Below are positions 1 through 6,703 of a DNA stretch of 64,000 nucleotides, piece by piece. Numbering within the stretch: the stretch's first letter is position 1; every line of letters begins with the position of its first letter. A program made the translations under genes and the position numbers. Origin of the DNA: an uncultured virus (IMG/VR IMGVR_UViG_3300046463_000793) (Duplodnaviria; Heunggongvirae; Uroviricota; Caudoviricetes); the IMG/VR virus record IMGVR_UViG_3300046463_000793. The stretch is one strand, 5' to 3'. The notes under the pieces are model-generated. The model worked only from the letters and a program-made list of their open reading frames with translations, was not told the origin of the DNA and made no database searches.

Positions 1-77
1 ATCGCATACAGCGGGCGGCCGGTGTCCGCGTGGGTAACGTCGGTGCGGACGATGGAACAGCTTTTGTAGGTGATCAT
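1..77 (-). CDS. partial small hypothetical protein (runs off left edge)
   Basis: ATG at 77 overlaps the TGA of the upstream ORF (ATGA coupling); MITYKSCSIVRTD... Confidence 0.5.
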   Translation of the reverse strand, partial: MITYKSCSIVRTDVTHADTGRPLYA

Positions 78-259
78 TGGTGCTCCTCCAGGCGCTCGAG
101 CAGATCGGCGACCGCCTCGTCCGCGGTCGCCCCGCGGCCGACGATCTGGCAGCTTGGATGAGCGTCTTCGGCGCCGTCATAGCTGTCGTCGTCGATCGCA
201 TAGAACCGGTCCGCGCGCGGCGCGAACCCGGTGTTGTCTTCCTCGACTCGGATCTTCAT
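74..259 (-). CDS. small hypothetical phage protein
   Basis: Part of tightly packed minus-strand cluster; GRGATADEAVADL motif. Confidence 0.7.
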   Translation of the reverse strand: MKIRVEEDNTGFAPRADRFYAIDDDSYDGAEDAHPSCQIVGRGATADEAVADLLERLEEHQ

Positions 260-260
260 C

Positions 261-464
261 TCAGTTCTCCAGTTTGGCGGCCAGCTTCTGCAGTTTGGCG
301 GCGTCGCGCAGCCAGGGCTGGGCGGACGCGTTGTCCTGCCAGTTGGCGCGGAGGTGCTCTGCCTTTTCGTGGCAGATCTCGGCGACGATCTCGAGCAGAC
401 GCGCGAGGCTGGTTGCGTCGATGGTCTGCTCGATGACGTCGGCAGCGTCAGAAGGGATACTCAC
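261..464 (-). CDS. small hypothetical phage protein
   Basis: GTG start overlapping the previous stop; helical amphipathic sequence. Confidence 0.65.
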   Translation of the reverse strand: MSIPSDAADVIEQTIDATSLARLLEIVAEICHEKAEHLRANWQDNASAQPWLRDAAKLQKLAAKLEN

Positions 465-667
465 TGCACAAACTCCCATCGACCTACGGTGTTGCCGTTG
501 CTGTCGCGCAGGGGGCCGCAGTCCCGCGTGTCGGGCCCGATACCTTTGACGACGGCAGTGGCCAGCGTCACCAGGATGAGGGCGATCTCAGGCCCGGGGT
601 GGGGCTCACCGTCGTCATCGCAGAATGCGGCGTTGTCGGTGTCGATGCTCAGGATGAACTGGGCCAT
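461..667 (-). CDS. small hypothetical phage protein (IDTDNAAF...LRDSNGNTVG type)
   Basis: ATG at 667 with upstream GGAGG; motif pattern recurrent in phage early genes. Confidence 0.75.
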   Translation of the reverse strand: MAQFILSIDTDNAAFCDDDGEPHPGPEIALILVTLATAVVKGIGPDTRDCGPLRDSNGNTVGRWEFVQ

Positions 668-861
668 TACGCTGCCACCTCCAGGCCTTCGTTCTCGGCG
701 CCGGCCAGGATGGCCAGGGCGTAGCGGGGCTCGACGGCGAAGCCGCCGCACCAGCGTTGCGCGGACGGGTCGAGGTTCTCCTCCAGCCAGTCGCGGCCTT
801 CGGGGGTGACGCCGGACACGATCACGATCGAGCCGTGATCCTGCAGTTGAATGTCGAACAT
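667..861 (-). CDS. small hypothetical phage protein (HGSI...W...VEPRY type)
   Basis: ATG at 861 after AAGGAG; stop/start coupling. Confidence 0.75.
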   Translation of the reverse strand: MFDIQLQDHGSIVIVSGVTPEGRDWLEENLDPSAQRWCGGFAVEPRYALAILAGAENEGLEVAA

Positions 862-1061
862 CAATTTGACTCCTTGCGAATGAGGATGCAGGCGCCCGGG
901 TGATACCGAGCTTTGCTGCCATCGGTGAACTGGATCCGAACAAACTTTGTTACGGGGGTGGTGGAGACCGCGCGCACCGGATACTCGATGCCGCGGATCC
1001 TCACGACATCGCCGGGGACGATGTCGTGGGCCCATTTGTAGCCAGTGGTGCTGGGGGTCAT
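861..1061 (-). CDS. small beta-rich (SH3-like) hypothetical protein
   Basis: AHDIVPGDVVRIRG pattern; coupled to neighbours. Confidence 0.6.
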   Translation of the reverse strand: MTPSTTGYKWAHDIVPGDVVRIRGIEYPVRAVSTTPVTKFVRIQFTDGSKARYHPGACILIRKESN

Positions 1062-1345
1062 GTGACGAACCTCCGGCCGGTGACGACGTTGACCAGGGTG
1101 ACGCCAGGGCCATGCGCGGCTCGGGCCTCGGCCCGGTCTTCCGCGGTCAGCTTCGGCGGGTTGGCCCGGTAGGCCTTCAGGAAGGCGGTGTTCTGTCTGT
1201 CCCGCTCTGCGGCTGACTTGGTGAGGTCAACCGGGAAACCTTCGGCCAGGGCGGCCTCCAGCATGTCGTCGAACGGCACGCGGCCGTTGGACTTCCAGGT
1301 CATCACGCCGTTGGCGAAGCTGGCGCTGGTGGCGAAATCTTTCAT
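1058..1345 (-). CDS. small hypothetical phage protein (WKSNGRVPFDDML...GPGVTLVNVVTGR)
   Basis: RBS AAAGGA upstream; coupled ORF. Confidence 0.75.
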   Translation of the reverse strand: MKDFATSASFANGVMTWKSNGRVPFDDMLEAALAEGFPVDLTKSAAERDRQNTAFLKAYRANPPKLTAEDRAEARAAHGPGVTLVNVVTGRRFVT

Positions 1346-1360
1346 CGAAGTGATCCTTTC

Positions 1361-1585
1361 TTATCCGAGATAAAGTATGCCGGAGTTGAATTCGCCGAAC
1401 GTGCCGGAATACATCTCGTGGTCTTCAGGGGTGTCGCTGCGTTTCCAGCCGGTGATCAGCTGGCGGGCGTCTGCCTTGCTGATCCGGACCCATTTCTCGG
1501 AGCAGCCAAACCTCACCTGGGCGAGGACCTCGCTGGCGGTGTTGATCGCGATCCGGAGATCGGCGACGTGGGTGATGTCGGTCAT
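1361..1585 (-). CDS. small hypothetical phage protein
   Basis: Start context GAGATTCCGCAATGAC shared with the next gene upstream. Confidence 0.7.
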   Translation of the reverse strand: MTDITHVADLRIAINTASEVLAQVRFGCSEKWVRISKADARQLITGWKRSDTPEDHEMYSGTFGEFNSGILYLG

Positions 1586-1606
1586 TGCGGAATCTCTCTT
1601 TGGTGA

Positions 1607-1626
1607 CGGGCGGCCGAAGCCGCCCG
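1607..1626 (-). promoter_or_regulatory. GC hairpin with cUUCGg tetraloop (mRNA stabilising/processing element or weak terminator)
   Basis: CGGGCGGC-TTCG-GCCGCCCG on the minus strand, 8-bp perfect stem, no U-tract. Confidence 0.6.
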
Positions 1627-1633
1627 GTTGGTG

Positions 1634-1810
1634 TTAGTCCTTCTCGGTGATGGTGATGGTGTCGCCGGGCAGCAGGATGCTGCCCCCGATGAATTCGGCG
1701 ACCGTCTCGGTGATCAGCGTGCCAGCGCTGTCGGCGGTGCCGTCGATGCGCAACGCGGTGCGATCGAGCTCGCCGCCGCTATTGCTCAGTGTGATGATGA
1801 TGGTGGTCAT
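1634..1810 (-). CDS. small hypothetical phage protein
   Basis: ATG at 1810 after GGAG; MTTIIITLSN... Confidence 0.65.
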   Translation of the reverse strand: MTTIIITLSNSGGELDRTALRIDGTADSAGTLITETVAEFIGGSILLPGDTITITEKD

Positions 1811-1821
1811 TGCGGAATCTC

Positions 1822-2046
1822 CTAGTGAGGGGTGGCCGCCCAGACTGCCTGGGCGGTGTCGAGCCAGCGCTGGGCGTGAGCAACCGCCTCGGCCCGCGTG
1901 GCGTAGGCAACGGCGGCGTTGGTGTTGTGCGTCCGCACGGTGGGGAACCGGTCGGGACCGTTGTCGGTCGTGACGACAACGACGGGCACGTAGGGAAACT
2001 TGGGGTTCCGGCCGCGCTTGACGGCGCTGGGCTTCCGGGTGGTCAC
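1822..2046 (-). CDS. small hypothetical phage protein
   Basis: GAGGAG RBS; KRGRNPKFPYVPVV motif. Confidence 0.65.
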   Translation of the reverse strand: MTTRKPSAVKRGRNPKFPYVPVVVVTTDNGPDRFPTVRTHNTNAAVAYATRAEAVAHAQRWLDTAQAVWAATPH

Positions 2047-2231
2047 GGGGTGGTCTCCTCAGTGCGATCAGTCCGGCCACGCAGCCACTCAGTGTGGTTT
2101 GGCGTGCCGGGCGTGTAGGGGTTGGTTTCGTCGTCGTTCCAGTAGCCTTCCCAGTAAGCGCTGCTGAACTTGCCCTTGCGGGCAGCAGCGCGCTGGGCGC
2201 TGCGGGCTTGCAGCGCTTTGCGGGTAAACAT
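2043..2231 (-). CDS. small hypothetical protein (AYWEGY...NPY...W..G motif, RMF-like pattern)
   Basis: Coupled ORF; motif resembles ribosome-modulation-factor-like phage proteins. Confidence 0.55.
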   Translation of the reverse strand: MFTRKALQARSAQRAAARKGKFSSAYWEGYWNDDETNPYTPGTPNHTEWLRGRTDRTEETTP

Positions 2232-2467
2232 CAGAAGGGCATCTCCTCTTCGTAGTAGGTGCTGGCGGGCTCATCGCGGAGCGTCCAGCGGGCCATGTCG
2301 CGGTCGTAGATCAGGGCCTCGGTGAAGCGCCGATCGAGGTCTTCGTTGGCCTCTTCTTCAGCCCAGAAAGCGTCTTCGGCGGCCAGCTGTGCGGGGGTCT
2401 CGATGCCGTAGTAGCGGCAGGCCTCTTCGTAGCTGTGGAACTGATTTCCGTTGGCGTCTTGATACAT
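2231..2467 (-). CDS. small acidic hypothetical protein
   Basis: Coupled ORF, very D/E rich, ends in EEEMPF. Confidence 0.65.
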   Translation of the reverse strand: MYQDANGNQFHSYEEACRYYGIETPAQLAAEDAFWAEEEANEDLDRRFTEALIYDRDMARWTLRDEPASTYYEEEMPF

Positions 2468-2468
2468 T

Positions 2469-2597
2469 CTAGGTTGCCTTTTTCCAGGTCGGTGCGGCCA
2501 TTGGCGCGAAATCCGCTGCCATCGCCGCCGCCGTCGGGGCCGGGTAGTGCTTGATCAGATACGCGAACCATTTCGCGTAGGCCTGCGGGTAGGTCAT
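2469..2597 (-). CDS. first small gene of early cluster (42 aa)
   Basis: ATG at 2597 with GGAGA RBS. Confidence 0.55.
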   Translation of the reverse strand: MTYPQAYAKWFAYLIKHYPAPTAAAMAADFAPMAAPTWKKAT

Positions 2598-2609
2598 CGG
2601 TTTCTCCAT

Positions 2610-2857
2610 TGGGTGGGGCCAGCCGGTCTCCCGCAGTTCTGTGACGCGCAAGCGCGCCCTGGGCCTTGATGGCCGAACCAGGGATTGAACCGCGGTGCAA
2701 ACGACCGGCTGGTAAGGGGGGTTAGTCCGGGGCCTGACCGTGCGCCTAAAACACAACGCACGGTGTGCGCCCCTTAGTCTCGCGATCCATAAAGCTAGGA
2801 CCCCTGGCCAACCGGGACTTGCACCGTGGCGACCTCTCGAAGTTTCTTTCTCTTTTC
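2610..2857 (-). ncRNA. structured 5' leader / candidate non-coding RNA
   Basis: Multiple nested complementary segments and two T-loop-like hairpins between the promoter and the first ORF. Confidence 0.5.
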
Positions 2858-2863
2858 AACCCA

Positions 2864-2892
2864 TATATAGGTAGGTTGACGGTAACCGTCAA
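2864..2892 (-). promoter_or_regulatory. sigma70-like promoter for the early cluster, overlapped by a palindrome
   Basis: Minus strand TTGACG-17 nt-TATATA; perfect inverted repeat GGTTGACGG-TAA-CCGTCAACC at 2874-2894. Confidence 0.75.
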
Positions 2893-2926
2893 CCACCTCG
2901 GCGCGTATTTTTATGGAGGCGCCGCG

Positions 2927-3943
2927 ATGCCGTGCCCATGCCAGCGCTGCGTGAACGAAAGGAGGGCCACCATGAGTAGACGAACAATCGGCGACTATGT
3001 GCTGCGCGGGTTTTTATCCCGCGACAAAGCGACCGCGCACGCGGTCATTGAAGAGGCCGAGGCAGACAAGGATCTGCTGCTGACCAAGGACGCCGACGAG
3101 GATCAGCCGCACCACGAGCCGGACGGCGATGAGGGCGGCGGTGACAAGCATACAATCGTCAATATTCACAATCATCACGAGAACGGCGACGACGACAAGA
3201 ATGGCGATGACGATTGGAAGAAGTCCAACGACGCCGCCATCAAAGAGCTGCGCGATGGCATGAAGGCCATTGTCGACATGATGACGTCCCGTTCGACCGA
3301 CGGCGATCTGCCGCCCTGGCTGAAGAAGGGCGACGGCGACGACAAGGATGGCGACGACGACACCAAAGACGCCGAAGTGCCGAACCCGGCCAACGCCGGC
3401 GAAGAGGCACAGACCGGCACGCCGCCGGCCTCGATCGAGCCGGATCTGATGGAGGCTGACCCGGCCTTGAAGATGGGTCCCACCATGATGGGCGACAGCA
3501 CGCGGCAGTCGCGCATCAATCAGGCGATCAGCAAGCTGATCCGCGACACCAAGGCACGCGCCGAGGTGCTGTCGCCGGGGATCAAGATCGGCGTGCTGGA
3601 CGGCGCGCTCGGTGACGATCGCCTGAAGCAGGCTGGCCAACGGATCTGCAACACCCGGCGGCAAGCGTTGACCGCAGCGTGCGGCACCCCGCGCGGCATG
3701 CAGGCGGTCGGGCGTCACACCAAGGACGCCATCGCGGCGATGTCGTGTGACGCCGTGAAGATGTTGTTCGTCGATGCGTCCGATCGGATGCGGGCCATGA
3801 ACAACGCGCAGAACCTGCCCAGCCCGCAGTTTGGCGACAACCGCCGCGCCGCCAACAGCGATCTGCGCTCGCGGATCGAGGCGATCAACAAGCGCAACGC
3901 CGAGCAGTGGTCCGCCTGGGGCGGCACAGCAAAGCGCGCCTAA
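2927..3943 (+). CDS. capsid scaffolding protein (C-terminal part of DUF2213-type prohead protein); alternative start 2972
   Basis: Acidic linker, RAEVLSPGIK, RRQAL, MSCDAVKMLF, INKRNAEQW motifs; directly upstream of decoration and capsid genes; SD before both 2927 and 2972. Confidence 0.7.
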   Translation: MPCPCQRCVNERRATMSRRTIGDYVLRGFLSRDKATAHAVIEEAEADKDLLLTKDADEDQPHHEPDGDEGGGDKHTIVNIHNHHENGDDDKNGDDDWKKSNDAAIKELRDGMKAIVDMMTSRSTDGDLPPWLKKGDGDDKDGDDDTKDAEVPNPANAGEEAQTGTPPASIEPDLMEADPALKMGPTMMGDSTRQSRINQAISKLIRDTKARAEVLSPGIKIGVLDGALGDDRLKQAGQRICNTRRQALTAACGTPRGMQAVGRHTKDAIAAMSCDAVKMLFVDASDRMRAMNNAQNLPSPQFGDNRRAANSDLRSRIEAINKRNAEQWSAWGGTAKRA

Positions 3944-3966
3944 CGGCCAACTGAAAGGAGACCACC

Positions 3967-4497
3967 ATGACCGCGTATCTTTTGACGATGCCGAGTGGCT
4001 TTCCTGGCTCACTGACACGCCAGGAACACGCCACCGTGGAAGGACAGCCGATCAACACCACCAGCCCGCCACAGACCTACGGGCAGGTGGTGGTGATGGA
4101 CGTGGCGACCGGCACCATCCGCCAGCCGACCACCACCGACACCACAGGCTTTTGGGGCATCAGTGTGCGGCCCTATCCGACCCAGGGCTTCGGCCCGGCC
4201 GGCTCGGCGGCGCTGAGCTCGCCGGTGGGTGCGGTGACGCCACCGACCGCGGGCGCGGTCGACGTGATGCGCCGCGGCTACATCCTGTGCCAGCTCGGCG
4301 GAGCCACGGCCGCCGTGAAGGGTGCCCCCGTCAACGTCTGGACGGGTGCCACAGGCGCCGGACAGGTCACCGGCAATGTCACCGCGGTGGCACCGGCGGC
4401 CGGCTCCTGCGTGGCGCTGCCGGGCGCTGTGTTCATGTCGGTGCAGGACCCCGGGCCGTTGTCCCAGGGCCTCGTGGAAGTGGCGTTCAACATCTAA
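3967..4497 (+). CDS. capsid decoration/cement protein
   Basis: MPSGFPGSLTR, GISVRPYP, DVMRRGYI, VEVAFNI; position just before the MCP; AAAGGAG RBS. Confidence 0.8.
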   Translation: MTAYLLTMPSGFPGSLTRQEHATVEGQPINTTSPPQTYGQVVVMDVATGTIRQPTTTDTTGFWGISVRPYPTQGFGPAGSAALSSPVGAVTPPTAGAVDVMRRGYILCQLGGATAAVKGAPVNVWTGATGAGQVTGNVTAVAPAAGSCVALPGAVFMSVQDPGPLSQGLVEVAFNI

Positions 4498-4569
4498 GAC
4501 GATACGTTCGTATCTACGCCGGCCTCGAGCGCATCGCGGCACCCCCACACACTCTGAAAGGATACGCCC

Positions 4570-5553
4570 ATGCCAGACGGCATGACTGGCATCCCGCCCG
4601 CATACGGCGGTTTGCAGACGTTTGACGGCATCACGCGCGATAGTGCCGGTGCCTTCCTGACGGGAGAGCTCGAGCGGCTCGACCCGACACTGCACGAGCC
4701 TTTGGTTAGCATCACGTGGTCGCGTGATATCGATCTGCGCTCGGACATCACCACCGGCGATGAGTGGGTGTCGTTCACCAACTCAACGTTCGGCGCGTCC
4801 GGCGGTTTCGCGACCCAGGGCATTTCCTGGATCTCGAAGGACGCCAACGCGATCCCGGCTGTCTCGCTGGATATCGGCAAGACCGCCAATCCGTTGCGGA
4901 TCTGGGGTCAGGAAATCGGCTGGTCGATGCCGGAGCTTGCCTCGGCGATTCAACTCGGCCGTCCGATCGATGAGCAGAAGTTCCAGGCGCTTCGCCTGAA
5001 ACATCAGATGGACACCGACCAGCTGGTCTATATCGGTGATCCTGTGGTCGGCACCACCGGGCTGTTCAACCTGTCGACCGTGACGCCGGTCAACGTCACC
5101 GGCGGCACCTGGACCTCCGGCGGTGCGCCGGTGATCATCCAGCAGATCAACGAGCTGATCGCGACCACCTGGGCCAACTCTGGTTACGCCATCGTGCCAA
5201 ACCAGATCCGGCTCCCACCGCTGCAAATGGCGCAGCTGGTGTCGACCCTGGTCAGCACCGCCGGCAACGTCTCGGTGCTGCGCTTCATCCAGGAGAACAA
5301 CCTCTCGATGACTCACGGCTCCGGCGCGCTCAACATCCAGGCGTCGAAGTGGCTTACCAACCGCGGCGTCGGCAACAGCCAACGCATGGTTGCGTATACG
5401 AAAGAGTATGACAAGGTGCGTTTCCCGATGACGCCGCTGCAGAAGACTCCGTTGGAGTGGCGCAGCCTCTACAACATCACGACCTATTGGGGTCGGATGG
5501 GCCAAGTCGAAAGCCCGTATCCCGAGACGATTTCCTATCGGGACGGTATATAA
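4570..5553 (+). CDS. major capsid protein (DUF2184-type, HK97 fold)
   Basis: AFLTGELERLDPTLHEPL, WSRDIDLR, RMVAYTK, YPETISYRDGI motifs. Confidence 0.9.
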   Translation: MPDGMTGIPPAYGGLQTFDGITRDSAGAFLTGELERLDPTLHEPLVSITWSRDIDLRSDITTGDEWVSFTNSTFGASGGFATQGISWISKDANAIPAVSLDIGKTANPLRIWGQEIGWSMPELASAIQLGRPIDEQKFQALRLKHQMDTDQLVYIGDPVVGTTGLFNLSTVTPVNVTGGTWTSGGAPVIIQQINELIATTWANSGYAIVPNQIRLPPLQMAQLVSTLVSTAGNVSVLRFIQENNLSMTHGSGALNIQASKWLTNRGVGNSQRMVAYTKEYDKVRFPMTPLQKTPLEWRSLYNITTYWGRMGQVESPYPETISYRDGI

Positions 5554-5773
5554 CATCGTATATACGTAATTTCAGCTTTGAGACGGTAGATTAAATCCGG
5601 GGTAACCCGCGCGCCGCCTCCTTATTGCCGACCTCTGATGAGGCACACCGAAACTTGCGCTGTCGTGCCGCGTGGCAGATCAAGCATCGCAACCACGTCT
5701 TACCTGTCTTGCTGTGTCGCATCAGCGTAGCATTGCGGCGATGCAGCAAGTGGCCAAACCGACAGGAGGGCAT

Positions 5774-6154
5774 ATGCAGACTATCCAGGTGATCAAGCCG
5801 TTCATCTTGCAGCACGATCCGCTGACCCGGAAGGTGCGGGATCCGGTGAACGTGAACAACGAGATCGAAGAGATACTGCCGTCGCGGAAGCAATATTTCG
5901 ATGTCGGTATCTACGAGGTGGAGGACCACGTCGCCACCCACTGGTATGTGGTGCCGCACCTGAAGGGCTACGTGGCGCCGCCGGTGATCGGGATGCCGGA
6001 ATTCCAGCTGGCGCGGCAGGCGGCGGAGAAGCTCAAAGCCGAGCAGGCGGCGGTGGATCCCACCTCACCGTCACAGCCGATGCCGGCTGATGCCGTGGCA
6101 CCGCGTATGGCGGGGCTGCCGCCGGGCGTGGAGCGGGCGGAGCCGATCGCGTGA
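5774..6154 (+). CDS. small virion-associated protein following the MCP
   Basis: VIKPFIL...GIYEVEDHVATHWYV motif; AGGAGG RBS. Confidence 0.7.
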   Translation: MQTIQVIKPFILQHDPLTRKVRDPVNVNNEIEEILPSRKQYFDVGIYEVEDHVATHWYVVPHLKGYVAPPVIGMPEFQLARQAAEKLKAEQAAVDPTSPSQPMPADAVAPRMAGLPPGVERAEPIA

Positions 6155-6699
6155 GCGACGTCGTCGTCACACCTGTGCCGGGCCCGGTGCCGCTCGACAC
6201 TTCTGGCGCGCCGGTGATCCCGACCAGCACCATCAGCGACCCACCGACATTCCGGCTGCACTTTCCGGAGTTCGGGGACGACACGGTCTATCCGGATCCG
6301 CAGATCCAGTTTGGCCTGGACATCTCCACGGTGTGCCTGAGCCCGTATCGCTGGGGCTCGCTGCTGCAGGCGGGCGTCGAGCTGATGACGGCGCATCAGC
6401 TGGCGCTGTCACAGCGCGCCCTGCAGAGCGGTGCGGCGGGCGGCACGCCCGGTGCGGCGGGTGGTCTGGTGACCAGCAAGAGCGTCTCCAAGGTGTCGGT
6501 GGGCTACGACGTCAGCAGCACCGCGATGGAGGGCGCCGGGCCGTGGAATTACACGACCTACGGTCAGCGGTTCTACTGGCTGATGCGCATGGTCGGCATC
6601 GGCGGCTACGAGGTGCTGAGCGACTGGGCCAGCGTCAACCTCTCAGGGGTCGCGCTGGGCTGGGCAACCGGCGTGATGTATCGCTGGGGCTCCTACTGA
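6151..6699 (+). CDS. head-tail adaptor (DUF4054-type)
   Basis: FRLHFPEF, AHQLAL, SKSVSKVSVGYD, WNYTTYGQRF motifs. Confidence 0.85.
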   Translation: MSDVVVTPVPGPVPLDTSGAPVIPTSTISDPPTFRLHFPEFGDDTVYPDPQIQFGLDISTVCLSPYRWGSLLQAGVELMTAHQLALSQRALQSGAAGGTPGAAGGLVTSKSVSKVSVGYDVSSTAMEGAGPWNYTTYGQRFYWLMRMVGIGGYEVLSDWASVNLSGVALGWATGVMYRWGSY

Positions 6700-6703
6700 G
6701 CCC

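Noticed and set aside
2670..2830. tRNA gene(s) suggested by GGTTCAATCC/GGTGCAAGTCC and CCA ends
   Set aside because: No cloverleaf with D-arm, anticodon arm and 7-bp acceptor stem could be built; kept only as a structured-leader finding.
2765..2926. N-terminal extension of the scaffold ORF as in the ORF track (including an NHL tripeptide like the DUF2213 motif)
   Set aside because: Overlaps the leftward promoter and leader and has no SD; better starts exist at 2927 and 2972, and the tripeptide is likely chance.
5635..5670. Complete hammerhead ribozyme
   Set aside because: The core matches, but stems I and III cannot be paired convincingly, so it is not called as a feature.
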